This document shows, piece after piece, positions 9,179 to 19,400 of a stretch of 64,000 nt of DNA. Source of the DNA: Dehalococcoidia bacterium (GTDB taxonomy: Bacteria; Chloroflexota; Dehalococcoidia; Lucifugimonadales; UBA3495); the NCBI GenBank assembly GCA_965204905.1, contig OZ242042.1:898778-962777 (forward strand), in the 5' to 3' direction. The notes under the pieces are model-generated. The model ran no database searches and was not told the DNA's origin. It saw only the letters and a list, made by a program, of their open reading frames with translations. How positions within the stretch are numbered: position 1 is the stretch's first letter; the number at the start of each line of letters is the position of its first letter. The position numbers and the translations under genes are program-made.

Positions 9179-9824
9179 GTTGCTTCCCTCCTTCCTGCGT
9201 CACCACGGTGACCCGGAAATCTTCGGTAACGTGTTCAAGGTCGGTGTGAGCGGTTGCGATCGAAGCAAGGTGCTCGTCTAGGTCGATGACGTCCGGTAGG
9301 TACTGGTCATCAATGTCGAGCATCCTGATCACTGTGAACCCGTGGCGTTGATGGTGGCCGGCTTCGGGTCCGTGTAATAATTGGAGATACAATGAGTGCT
9401 GGTCGTGAGGATTTGGTACCGGCATGATCTTGAGGTCGTGTCCTGCGATTCGAAAGTACGTTTGGCGCATGGCGTAGCGGCTTCGGTGGGCTGCCTTCCT
9501 GGGCACCCGATGCCGCCCTGTAACGGAGGACACGGTGATCAGCACGTTCTCCACCGTAACGATCACGTGATGGTGCGAACGGCGCGGGTTCGTGGGAAGA
9601 TCAGTTATGGGTCCTCCATCGGCTCCGCCGACGTCGAAGACCTCTTGGTTGATGTTGTGGTGCAGAAGCTGGCTGAACGCCGTTTTCGCGATGCGTTGGT
9701 CGTAGCCCTTTTCCACCAGGTCCGCGCCGGTTGCGCTGTAGGCACGCTTGATAGCGCTGTTAACGCCATCCAGAGCTTTGACGACTGCCGGAGAATCCAA
9801 TTCCAAAACTGGATATTGCACCAT
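9165..9824 (-). CDS. Hypothetical protein co-transcribed with the HTH-ImmA/IrrE gene
   Basis: 219-aa ORF overlapping the downstream gene by 14 nt. No motif recognised. Confidence 0.55.
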   Translation of the reverse strand: MVQYPVLELDSPAVVKALDGVNSAIKRAYSATGADLVEKGYDQRIAKTAFSQLLHHNINQEVFDVGGADGGPITDLPTNPRRSHHHVIVTVENVLITVSSVTGRHRVPRKAAHRSRYAMRQTYFRIAGHDLKIMPVPNPHDQHSLYLQLLHGPEAGHHQRHGFTVIRMLDIDDQYLPDVIDLDEHLASIATAHTDLEHVTEDFRVTVVTQEGGKQHALW

Positions 9825-10069
9825 GATCTAGCTCCAATAATTGAAACGATGTGCGCTTCAATTATTATACGCAATTCGCGCAAAATTTCAAGTTTCGATC
9901 CCCTGCGCTGTGCGGTGCCGCTCACGCTCGTGAGTGTGGTCCCTGCCGCGCTGTTCGGCTATTGACTTGGTACTCTGCGCTGGCGGTCATGTCGTTCATC
10001 CTCTGTCGCCATGTCAGCTCGCTGTGGTGGTTATTATTGGTGGTCGGCCAGCAGGTGAATGGCGAGGCC

Positions 10070-10462
10070 CTAGCGCTCTTCGGCGTCCGCGGACACAAAC
10101 CCGGTGATAGCCGTTTCGGCCCGTTCTATCCAGGCCAAGGCTTCGTCGTTCGTGTACGTGACCGCCGGGTCCTTTTCGGCAAGCAGTCGCTGCTCGTTGA
10201 CGACAATGAAGGTTTCGGCGAAGTCGCGTATGCCCTGGGCGTAGCCGGCGAAGTCTCCATGTACGCGGTCAACGACTGCATCGCCGCCCAGTGCCATGTA
10301 GGTGCGGTTCCACTCCGGCAGGCTGCGGTCCGCTTCGGAAGAACCCACTAACGTGTCGGCGCTGCTGCGGGCCAGGGCGTGGTACATAGCGTAGTAGGTG
10401 GAGCTGACGGAGAGACGGAGTTGGGCCTGCTGGATTGGGCTGGACGGCGGACTGGCCGCCAT
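10070..10462 (-). CDS. HEPN-like helical protein whose 5' end is cut off by an IS insertion
   Basis: SSTYYAMYHALARS is a HEPN-style helix. An IS end lies 8 nt upstream of the ATG. The original first codons (MNWQNLIN) with a GGAGG RBS are at 11952-11975 beyond the IS. Confidence 0.45.
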   Translation of the reverse strand: MAASPPSSPIQQAQLRLSVSSTYYAMYHALARSSADTLVGSSEADRSLPEWNRTYMALGGDAVVDRVHGDFAGYAQGIRDFAETFIVVNEQRLLAEKDPAVTYTNDEALAWIERAETAITGFVSADAEER

Positions 10463-10470
10463 CTCCCGCG

Positions 10471-11951
10471 CTAGCAGTCTGTCTGAAGATTAGGTTTTGT
10501 TGTTGATGGGACCGTGTTTTGGCGAGGGTTCACGCCGGTTGGGGGATGGGTGACGGTGGACTGACCGACAGACGAGAGTGGCGGAAGAGCTTGAGCAGGT
10601 TGTGGCCGGTGCAGATCAGCGACCACTCGCCCGCAACCTTGTCCAATCCCCGCAGCAGGAACTGCCGGAAGCCTCGGCCCTGCTTGATCTGGCCGAACAC
10701 CGGCTCCACCGTCTGCATGCGTAGCGCGTATCTCTTGCGACCCCGTTTGGTCTGCAACTTGCGGCGCATCCGGTCCCTGGGAGAGAGAGCTTTGGGGATG
10801 CGTCCTTTGGGTGCGGGCGGTGGTTTGTACCCGTGGCGGGTCTTCTCCGGCGCGACGAACGGGTCGGTGCCCAGGGCGTGTAAATCGGCAACGGCCTTTG
10901 CCGAGTAGTAACCGGCGTCGGCGGACACCTCCCGGGGCGCCACTCCCACATTGGCGATGGTCTCCTCGATCATCACCACCGCCTGCTGCTTGTCCGAGGC
11001 CTGAGTGGTGGCTCGGGCCGCAATGATCACCTGATGCTCATGGTCCACCACCGCCTGACAGTTGTAAGCCTGCAGGAAGTCCCGTCCCCCAGGACCGGGC
11101 ATGATGCGGGACTCCGGGTCAGTGAAGTTGCGCTGGGCCTGGTCATCGGGCACCCCAGGATGATCCTTGCCCTCCTCTGCGGCGCGCTCCGCCTCGGCCA
11201 TGGCCTCGGCTTCCAGCGCCGCCATGGCCTCCCGGATCTTCTCCAACCGACCCTCCCGAAAGGACAACTCCTCCGGCAACTCATCACCGCGCTTGTCCCT
11301 GCCATACCGGCGATCCTCCTCCTCATCCACCTCCTGGGCGCGGCGCAGCAACTCATCCACCTCACCCTGCAACTGCGCTTCCTTCTCTTGCATACGCTGG
11401 TAACTCATCGCCTTGTGCTTCGATGCGTTGGCCCGGACCTTGGTGCCGTCCAGCGCCACGTGGCCCAACTTCACCAGTCCCGCCCGCTGGCACAGCAACA
11501 ACACCTGCAGGAACAATCCCGACAGCGCCGCCAGGTGGTCCTTGCGGAAGTCCGAGATGGTGCGAAAGTCCGGCGTGTTGTTGGCCGCCAGCACCCGGAA
11601 GGCGATGCCTTCATGCAGTCTGGTGGCGATGCGCCGCGATGACGGCACCCCGACGCAATAGGCGTACAGCAGCACCTTCACCATCATCTTGGGATTGTAG
11701 GGCGGGCCACCGCGCCGCTCCTGCTCGTAGCGGGCCGTGATCTCCGACAGGTCCAACTGGTCCACCACGTCTGAGATGAAATAGGCCAGGTGACCCTCGG
11801 GCAACCACTCCTGCAGCGCCGCCGGCATCAGCAACTGCTGGTCAGGATCGTAAGGCAGATAGGTCTTGCTCATCACCGGCTCCCAACGACTGGACTGCCC
11901 CCATCATACGCTCTCCACCTCGCTGGCCCTGTTTCTCAGACAGGCTGCTAG
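10471..11951 (-). mobile_element. IS1182/IS5-like insertion sequence
   Basis: Imperfect terminal inverted repeats: CTAGCAGTCTGTCTGAAGA at 10471 and the reverse complement CTAGCAGCCTGTCTGAGAA at 11951. CTAG is present at both junctions (10471-10474 and 11948-11951), consistent with a 4-bp target duplication. One transposase ORF. Confidence 0.85.
10530..11876 (-). CDS. DDE transposase, IS1182-type (DUF772 N-terminus)
   Basis: LPEGHLAYFISDVVDQLDLS..GGPPYNPKMMVKVLLYAYCVGVPSSRRI and C-terminal FGQIKQGRGFRQFLLRGLDKVAGEWSLICTGHNLLKL. Confidence 0.9.
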   Translation of the reverse strand: MMSKTYLPYDPDQQLLMPAALQEWLPEGHLAYFISDVVDQLDLSEITARYEQERRGGPPYNPKMMVKVLLYAYCVGVPSSRRIATRLHEGIAFRVLAANNTPDFRTISDFRKDHLAALSGLFLQVLLLCQRAGLVKLGHVALDGTKVRANASKHKAMSYQRMQEKEAQLQGEVDELLRRAQEVDEEEDRRYGRDKRGDELPEELSFREGRLEKIREAMAALEAEAMAEAERAAEEGKDHPGVPDDQAQRNFTDPESRIMPGPGGRDFLQAYNCQAVVDHEHQVIIAARATTQASDKQQAVVMIEETIANVGVAPREVSADAGYYSAKAVADLHALGTDPFVAPEKTRHGYKPPPAPKGRIPKALSPRDRMRRKLQTKRGRKRYALRMQTVEPVFGQIKQGRGFRQFLLRGLDKVAGEWSLICTGHNLLKLFRHSRLSVSPPSPIPQPA

Positions 11952-12130
11952 GTTGATGAGGTTTTGCCAGTTCATGGATGGGCCTCCCGGGCAAATGGGA
12001 TTGATGGTCGAGATGTAGCAGGTTGTCGGGGGCAAAGTTTGGCTGTCCGGGTTGATGCCGCTGTTATTCGCCTGCTGGATGTTGCGCAGTTCCGGAGAGG
12101 GTTCGGTGCCGGTCTCTTCCCCCTCGTTGG

Positions 12131-12781
12131 TCAGAAGTCGGCGGTGGTTCCTTCTCCGTTCTGGGAGGCCTGGTCCACACGGTCGGGGCAGTCTGCGTCA
12201 GTAATGTCGCTTCTGCGACATTCCGCTTGGCTAGGCACCAGGATCGCCGGTTTAGCAGTTGCCGCTCTGCGGATCAGCGCTGTCAACTTGGCGACGAACG
12301 GGTCGTCATTGGTCAGTGCCGACACGTCCACGGCGTGGTCTTGGTAAGCGACATGCCCGGTGACCATCCGGCCTCGGTAGTGGTTCAGTGCCAATGGTAC
12401 AGCGTACTGGTAGATCATCACCTGGACGGCGTGGGATGGCCCGGCCCGGCCGGTCTTCGCGTCGATGATCACCACCTCTTGATCCTTCTGGGCGATGAGG
12501 TCGGGTTTGCCGGCCAGCGTTGCTAGGTTCCCGCGCAGGCGGAAGCTGTTCTGGTCCTCGGCGTAGACCCGGTATCCTCGCTCCTGCCAATCGTCTCTGA
12601 CTTCGTTGAGGAGCGCGGTGTGGTCGAGGAGCCAACGCGTCTGGTCAAAGTCCGACCGCGGCCGGTCCCAGCCCTGGTAATGGGCCTTGAACCAGACGGC
12701 CCACTCGCAGGAGTTCTCGCCGGTGAGCAGCCTCGGCAGCCAGGTTGCCCAGATGTAGGGGAAATCTCGTTGCTCTGCCAC
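12131..12781 (-). CDS. Cas4-like PD-(D/E)XK nuclease (family A, copy A2), Fe-S motif degraded
   Basis: Same length and motifs as A1/A3 (GKPDLI, IIDAKTG, QVMIYQY). The C-terminal CxxC reads CRRS (AECRRSDITDADC), so one cluster Cys is lost. Confidence 0.75.
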   Translation of the reverse strand: MAEQRDFPYIWATWLPRLLTGENSCEWAVWFKAHYQGWDRPRSDFDQTRWLLDHTALLNEVRDDWQERGYRVYAEDQNSFRLRGNLATLAGKPDLIAQKDQEVVIIDAKTGRAGPSHAVQVMIYQYAVPLALNHYRGRMVTGHVAYQDHAVDVSALTNDDPFVAKLTALIRRAATAKPAILVPSQAECRRSDITDADCPDRVDQASQNGEGTTADF

Positions 12782-12965
12782 GGCACGGCACCGTCCGGAA
12801 GATTAGCCGTGGGTCGGCTTGACCCGAGTGTATTGGGCGGTCGGTTGGGCGCGCTACTGGCTGCTGTCATCAAAAAACTTGGCCGCCCCGTTGGTCGGAG
12901 CGGCCGGTGTCGCGGTTCGTCCGCGACGCGTTAATTGTGCCAGTCGTTGGCTCGGGCACGCTACG
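12782..12965 (-). promoter_or_regulatory. Family A leader copy (UCR-A2)
   Basis: Aligns by eye to 7573-7760 and 31276-31470. Confidence 0.6.
12871..12905 (-). terminator. Intrinsic terminator in UCR-A2
   Basis: Minus-sense GGCCGCUCC-GACCAAC-GGGGCGGCC followed by a U6 tract. The single substitution gives U:G in minus sense but C:A in plus sense. Confidence 0.55.
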
Positions 12966-13088
12966 ACTTGCTATCATAAATCTCTGGGCAAGCTTACTGG
13001 TCGTTTCACGACGAGGGTATATCTGCGGCGAGGGAGGGCGGTCGGCTCCTCATAATTGCCCCAAAAGAAATTCAGCTTGGGGTGTGTT

Positions 13089-13631
13089 ATGGGTGAAGAA
13101 GGATTTTTCTCTTGGTGGCTGCGGCTGGGCGTGTTTTGGCTGTGCCTTTCAGTTGCGATCTCCGTGGCCTCGTTCATTTTTGGTGGATCTGATTGGCTGA
13201 CTGTTGGGATAGGCTTGGTGGTTCGATGGGTCGTCGTTTCGGTCTCTATCGCGGTTGGGGTCGGGCTGTGCATCTTCGCTGAGCGACTTTGGGACATTCT
13301 GACCGTCACCGAGTCCCGCCGTAGCAAACGCCGCAGTCAAGTCGTTGCTGGACTATCGGGGGTCGGATTTACTCGGGATCCGGCAAATCCCGACGTTTGG
13401 GTCGGAGGCGTTGTTGGTGTAGAAGTCAGGTGCGACGTCTCGGCGGGTATGTTCGCGCAGGTCTGCGCTTGCAGGCATTCCTATGCGGCTGATCGTCCGT
13501 GCTCAATCTGTTCTGCCCAACATTCCTACGCTCCCGGCCTGCTGTGTACGGATTGTCCGCCGGGTCAGCTGGCCCAAGTTATCGAAGCGCTCAAGATGGA
13601 CGGTGTGGCTGCACGCGCACAGGGAACCTAG
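13089..13631 (+). CDS. Hypothetical membrane protein with Cys-rich C-terminus
   Basis: ATG at 13089 preferred over the TTG at 13056. Three hydrophobic segments, then CACRHSY..CSICSAQHSY..CTDC. Confidence 0.4.
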   Translation: MGEEGFFSWWLRLGVFWLCLSVAISVASFIFGGSDWLTVGIGLVVRWVVVSVSIAVGVGLCIFAERLWDILTVTESRRSKRRSQVVAGLSGVGFTRDPANPDVWVGGVVGVEVRCDVSAGMFAQVCACRHSYAADRPCSICSAQHSYAPGLLCTDCPPGQLAQVIEALKMDGVAARAQGT

Positions 13632-13645
13632 TTACACCGTCTCAG

Positions 13646-14113
13646 CTAGTGCGCTGTGGCTGGGAGTCCCTCGCCGTCGGGTTCGTGACGGTCACTTTTC
13701 CGCCGGCCCGGTCGCCCTTGGCCCTCGATGTCTTGGTACTCCCGGCAGGTGTCGGCGAGGGTGCCGTCGGAGAGTATGACCTTCTCGTTGCCGCAGTCGC
13801 AGGTGCGCTCCAGGATCTGGAGGGCGAGGTCGAACTCCCGGTTTCCCGCGACATCGGCGTTGCAGTGTACACGCCTGATCCTATCATAGTGCTGGGAGTA
13901 CTTAGCGTAAGCGGACTGGCGCTTGTTGGCCTTGATATCCGCTCTACCGTGGGCGAGCCACTAGCCCAGGGTAACCGGAGAAATGTTGACGCCGCACTCG
14001 TGGGCTTGCCTACCTGACGACTTCCTGGTAAGTCGGATCGGTTTCTGGGAGGGCGCGTAGCCGGAGACGTTCTGAGCGGTGAAGAATCCGAGGCGGCTCG
14101 TGTGGTTCACCAT
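13646..14113 (-). pseudogene. Small HTH + zinc-ribbon gene (family B, copy B4), nonsense-mutated
   Basis: The C-terminal half is recognisably family B (REFDLALQILERTCDCGNEKVILSDGTLADTC), while the N-terminal third is diverged. An in-frame TAG replaces the Lys of the conserved TLGKW motif (reads TLG*WLAHGRADIKANKRQ). Confidence 0.7.
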
Positions 14114-14166
14114 GGTGCCCTCCGTGTTGTTTTCGTTTCCGCTCCTTTGTTGGTGGCGGATATGCA

Positions 14167-14250
14167 CCCAGACGGCCTGGTTTGGCTTGGGGGATCTGCG
14201 GTGGTCATTGATTAGGGTAACGGCGTTTCAGGCCAAGCGGTGGCGTCTGG
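14167..14250 (+). repeat. C-type structured repeat
   Basis: CCCAGACGGCCTGGTTTGG...TAGGGTAACGGCGTTT...GGTGGCGTCTGG. The two ends are complementary. It lies immediately 5' of B4 on the minus strand. Confidence 0.7.
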
Positions 14251-14321
14251 TGTCGCCGTGGTGGGTCTCTGTGCCGGCTGCCGGGCGGGAAAATAGTCCG
14301 ACAATCTGGGCGGTGTTAGCC

Positions 14322-14411
14322 GCGCTCAGGCGGGCCCGTTTGGGCCACGGCGGTGTTGGGCAAGGGAAATCGGCGAGCCTGCCGCGGCGCCAAACGGTGG
14401 CGTCCGGGCGC
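14322..14411 (+). repeat. E-type structured repeat
   Basis: GCGCTCAGGCGGGCCCGTTTGG ... GCCAAACGGTGGCGTCCGGGCGC. Confidence 0.7.
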
Positions 14412-14777
14412 GTTCTGGATGGCCACGCTGGCCGGGACGGGGTGGTCACCGCCGTCTCGGGTCGCGTTGGTGGCCCGGGCGGTGCGTTTTGCGGGAGGTG
14501 TGTCTGGCGATGGCATCCGGTGATGCTTTGTCAGGCGGCCGTCCTCAAATCCCGTTCCAAACGGTCCTCATCGCTCCTGGGCGGGTCAAGGTCGTCGTCT
14601 CCGTATTGGCCAAGAACCTGAGGAGCAGGAACAGTCGCCCTTACCGCCATCCAACCCCTGACCTGCCGCAGTCATAGCGGTCCACATCGCCATCCCGTTC
14701 CAGCCGGCAAACGCCCAAGTCGCTGACGGTGGAGCCGCCGCGTTCGGCAACCGCTACCAACCGTTAGTTGAAGAGCG

Positions 14778-15221
14778 TCACGTCGTCCCGCAGTCGGTGG
14801 AGTCATCGTAAGACGTGGCGTCTGCATCCAGGCAGACCAAGGTTCGCCACCCCGGGTAGGCCGGCGAGTAGTCGTAGGGCAAAGGCCCCTCCTGCTGGAC
14901 TAGCAAATGCTCGACGTCTTTGTCATCCATGGACCAGTTGAACCTCACCGTGTTGGCGCCGGAACCGGTGTGGCTCAACCCCAGGTTGCCGGGAGCGTCA
15001 ATGCGCTTGCGGTTCGCGTTGGCCGCACCCATCATCCGGCGATGTCCGTTGGCCTTGCGCACCTCGATCCGGCAGACGTAACTCCGGTCCGAATCCAACC
15101 CGTCGAAAACCGCGGTCTTGTGACGCCGGCTCAACTGGATGGTTTCCCATTGGCAACCAGGTTCTTGGAGTCGCCACTTGGCGACCGGTCCGACGTAGTT
15201 GTGGTTCGGCCGGGAACCCAC
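14778..15221 (-). CDS. Hypothetical protein with Fn3-like segments
   Basis: 147-aa ORF. YVCRIEVRKANG and TVRFNWS resemble Fn3 strands. Confidence 0.4.
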   Translation of the reverse strand: MGSRPNHNYVGPVAKWRLQEPGCQWETIQLSRRHKTAVFDGLDSDRSYVCRIEVRKANGHRRMMGAANANRKRIDAPGNLGLSHTGSGANTVRFNWSMDDKDVEHLLVQQEGPLPYDYSPAYPGWRTLVCLDADATSYDDSTDCGTT

Positions 15222-15241
15222 GTCAAAAACAGCTCGTCGTG

Positions 15242-15679
15242 CTAGAGTGCCTCCAAGGCGAACGGTACTCGCTTGTCCATGGGACCATAGGGGAACAGGT
15301 ACTTGGCCTTCGACTGGATGCGCTCGCCGTCGACGAGCATCGAGACGGTGAACCCGTAGGCGGCGGCGGTCGCATCAGTTCGATCCATACGGACCTCGGC
15401 CTCGCGGGCGTCGTCCTCGACGGATACGCTGGTGTTTGACATGCGTCGGTAGCCGTCGTCGGTCCAGGGGTCGAGTTCTGTTGCCGAGGCGTCACGCCCT
15501 CGGATACCCTCCAGCGGAGGATGAACGCGTCCCCGGTGTCCCTCACCCTGATGACGGGTTCGGCGACGCCCGCTCCTGCCGCGGGCAACGGCATGGTCAA
15601 TGACCAGTTCCGCTGCGGCCAACGCCAGGGAGACCAGCATGGCGGTCAGGCGGATTGTTGTGGTTCGCTTTCTGTTCAT
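15242..15679 (-). CDS. Hypothetical secreted protein
   Basis: Start set at MNRKRTTTIRLTAMLVSLALAAA, which looks like a signal peptide. Confidence 0.45.
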   Translation of the reverse strand: MNRKRTTTIRLTAMLVSLALAAAELVIDHAVARGRSGRRRTRHQGEGHRGRVHPPLEGIRGRDASATELDPWTDDGYRRMSNTSVSVEDDAREAEVRMDRTDATAAAYGFTVSMLVDGERIQSKAKYLFPYGPMDKRVPFALEAL

Positions 15680-15759
15680 TGGCCAGGCTTTGCGCAATTT
15701 TTTGGGAAAGTAAAAGGACGGGGCAATCTGGTCTGACCCCACCTGAAAAGTCCCAGCCC

Positions 15760-16434
15760 ATGTTCACCTTACCCACTGCCATTGTACCGATACTCGCCCC
15801 CTTCGGAATGCTGTTCAGCAACCCGACCTGGCGGAAGGGCCAGCTCCTGCTGGTGGGCACGATCCTAACCACTGGGTAGCACTCCGTGGCGGCGGCGCTG
15901 CGCGTAATGGGACGCAGCGACCAGGATGACTACTCCCGCTATCACGAGGAGTTCAATCGGGCGGTATGGTCGTTCCGTGGGGTCGGCCGCGTCCTGCTGG
16001 TGTTGCTGCTTCAGCACCTGGACCGAGGCGACGGTCGCTTGGTCTTCGGTATGGACGAAACCCTGGAACGCCGTCGCGGTTCCAAGATGAGGGCCTGCGA
16101 CGTCTACCGGGACGCGGTGCGTTCCAGCCGACATGAGCTGGTCAAGGCTAGTGGCCTGCGCTGGATCTCCTTGATGTGGCTGGGGCACGTGTCCTGGGCC
16201 GGACGTCATTGGGCGTTGCCGGTGCTCACCGTACTGGCGCCATTGTCGCGCTACTACCAGCAGCAGGGACGCCGGCACAAGAATCTGACTGAATGGGCCA
16301 AGCAGATGGTGATGCAGTCGCACCTGTGGCAGGCGTCGGAAGATTTTTCACTGTCCGCAACCAGCGTCGATACGCAGGAACATCCTGACACCCGGTACCA
16401 CCAAATGATGAACTCCCTCGCTTACGCCGCCTGA
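15760..16434 (+). pseudogene. IS701/IS4-like DDE transposase remnant
   Basis: APFGMLFSNPTWRKGQLLLVGTIL..AAALRVMG..LVFGMDETLERRRGSKM..VKASGLRWISLMWL..WALPVLTVLAP. An in-frame TAG lies at 15877-15879 and the C-terminal half is missing. Confidence 0.6.
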
Positions 16435-16489
16435 ACTGCGCAAGGTCCAGCGTGTGTGTCGATTTGGCTTGCCCGAGGCGAACCGTAAA

Positions 16490-19400
16490 TTATTGGGTTG
16501 ACGGTTGACAAGTGGGCAAGCCGGTGATGGACAAATCATTGGTAGTGATTTGCAACAATGCCTGCGGGATACACCCGGTGAATGAGTTGACTTTAACCAA
16601 GAGCGTGTGCAACCCCGGCGGATTCGCCAACGTAGCCGGAATGGAGCCGCTCAACTGGTTATGGCTCAACTGGAGGATCTCGAGTTCAGTCAAATTGCCC
16701 AGTTCGTCGGGAATGGCTCCCGTCAGGTTGTTGCCGCTCAGGATCAGGAAGTCCAATTCTAGCAACTGGCCCAATTCACTAGGGATCGACCCTGACAGTT
16801 CATTGTTCGACAGGAAAAGCGCTTCCAGGGCATCCATGTTGCCAAGATCGGCCGGTATGGAGCCCGTGAGCCTGTTGTTGTGCAGGTACAGCAGACGCAG
16901 ATTTTCCATAGTGCCGATTTCCACCGGGATGGATCCGGTGAGTTGGTTGCCTTGGAGATTGAGGCGATCGAGGTTTATCAACCCGCTGAATCCCTTTGGA
17001 AGGCTGCCGCTCAGGCCCTGATTCGACAGATTTATCCTCTCGACGCCGTCGATATCTCGCTCGAATCCCAAGCCATCCCAAGCGCCCATGTTCCGCTCGA
17101 GGCCCCAATTGAGGGAACCGGTGGTCCCCTCCAAGGTGCTCTTGTTTGCAAGTAATATGGTGCAATCGCGCACCAGACCCGGGAAGTCCGCAGCCTGGAA
17201 CACGGCGATCCATTGGTAAGCGACGGGTGCAGAGAATTCGCTCCATTCTGCGGTATAGTAGACACCGTTGCCCCGTGCTCGTACACGGAACGCATAAGCA
17301 TCCGCGCACGTGGGAAGATTTCCGGGCGTGAAGGTGGCGGCGTCCGCGGACACTGGGGCGAGGGTTGCCCATTCGTCCGATTGCGACGCCCGGTATTGTA
17401 CTTCCCGGGACGCGAAGTTCGTGTCGGCATCCCACGATACCGTGAAAGTTCCGGATGACAGGGAGACGCCTAATCCGGCAGGAACCGGCGTTTGCGCCAA
17501 GATTCTGATACTGATCTCCTTGGACCAGTCGGAATGCCCTGCGTGGTTCGTGGCCCGAACACGGTAAGTGTGGTCGTTGCCCGGCACGGTGTTGGTGTCC
17601 CGGTAACCGGTCGCATTGACCCCGGGGGCAGGGGAAACATCGACGAATGCGCCACTCCCTAATTTTCGTTGGAGTTGAATCCCGGAGCGCGGGTTGTCGT
17701 CAGCCGGGGGCAACTCCCAGTACAGGTTGATGACGGAATTGTTTTCCAATTGGGTGCTGAGGTTCCCCAAAGCAGCCGGCGCCAAAAGTCGAGGTTGTAG
17801 GGTGATTTCCTGAGACCATGTCGCCGCTTCACCGACCTTGTTGCGGGCCTTGACGCGGTAGACGTAGGCGTTGCCGGTCTGGAGGCCTGTGTCGGTATAG
17901 GACAACTGGTTCGCGCCCAGGGTGGATGACACGTCATCCCATTGGACGGGTTGATCAAACGTGCTCTGGCGCTGCAGCCGATATCCAGTGACGGGGCTAC
18001 CACCGTCTTCCGACGGTTCAGACCACTGCATCATGACACTGGTCTGTCCGAACGTCGATCCTTGGAAATCGGTGACCTGCCCGGGTGAGGTGGCGAGAGT
18101 CTGCAAAGCAAATACGTTGGACCATTCGGCCTCGCCGATGCCGTTCACGGCCAACAGGCGGTACTCGTACACAGTGTTGGGTTTCAAGTTCTGAACAGCG
18201 TAATTTTTGGCGTTCACTTCCGGCGCAGGGGTAACGTCCCCAAATTCACTGTCCGCTTCCCGTTGCTGTAGCCGGTAGCCCGTGATCGGGGCATGGTTGT
18301 GGGCTGGCGTGGTCCAGATGAGATCCACATCGCTGGCAGAGATCGCGCTTGACCTAAGATCCCCAATCCGGTCCGGCGCGGCGGCGTCGCAGTAGAGAAG
18401 GCCTAGCCGATCCAGGTCGTGTGTCTGTATTTCCCGCAAGGCTCCGGGTATGCAGCCGGTAAACCTATTGTTGGAGAGTTCGAGCGTGGTCAGCGGCAAA
18501 TCAGCCAAACCCGCGGGTATTTCTCCAATGAGAGCGTTGTTGGACAGGTCCAGTATCTTCAGGCCAGTCAGAGAAAACAATTCGTCCGGGATGATCCCTC
18601 CCAGTGCGTTCCTTTCAAGATAGATGGCCGTAACCCGTTCGGGTGTTCCTCCTCGGACCACGCCTAGCCAGTTCGAGATGTGGAGATTCCTCGCCCAATT
18701 GAGTCGTGGAGCGCTGCCGCGCAACTTGTCGTGGGCTTCAATGAGCGCCGAGCAATCCCTGACCAGGAGACGATTGTTTGCCGGGTTGCTCACCGCCCCG
18801 CCGGATGCGCACGCCGGTACTAGCGGTGGTGGGGACGGCGTGAAGGTGGTGGTTTCGCCGTCATTGGGAGTGATGTCGTTGTAGGCCCCCATGTCGCGGT
18901 AATGCCGGTTCAGATCCGACGTATTGGCAATCCGCTTACCGGCGTGGGAGTCAGACGCCGCGGCAGCAGCGACGCGGGTCTTGAGATTCGACAAGGTCTC
19001 GATGTGTTCAGCATCGCCCTCATGGGTACCGTAACGGACGGCATACTCAACGTCATCCAAGGTCTGGATGTCCCATTGGGCGACGACTTGCCAGGCTTCG
19101 GTGGCAACATTACCGTGTGCCGCCATTGGAGTTAAAAACAGCACGGCCTGCCTATCCTTTAGGGCGTCGACCAGTTCGGTCTCAGCTAGGGCCAAGACAG
19201 CGTCGTTTTGCTTCAGGTAGTTGTCCTTGGTCATCAGCGATGCATCGCCGTAGAGGCCTCTTGCGTGTTCTTTAACGTACAGATTATAGGACCGTGTCGT
19301 GTTCGATTGCCCGTAGGTTACGGTGAGAGTATCGGCACCGCTGCCCAGCAAGTACACCGAAGTGCTGTAATCCGCGTAACAAGCTAGCACGCGGCCATCA

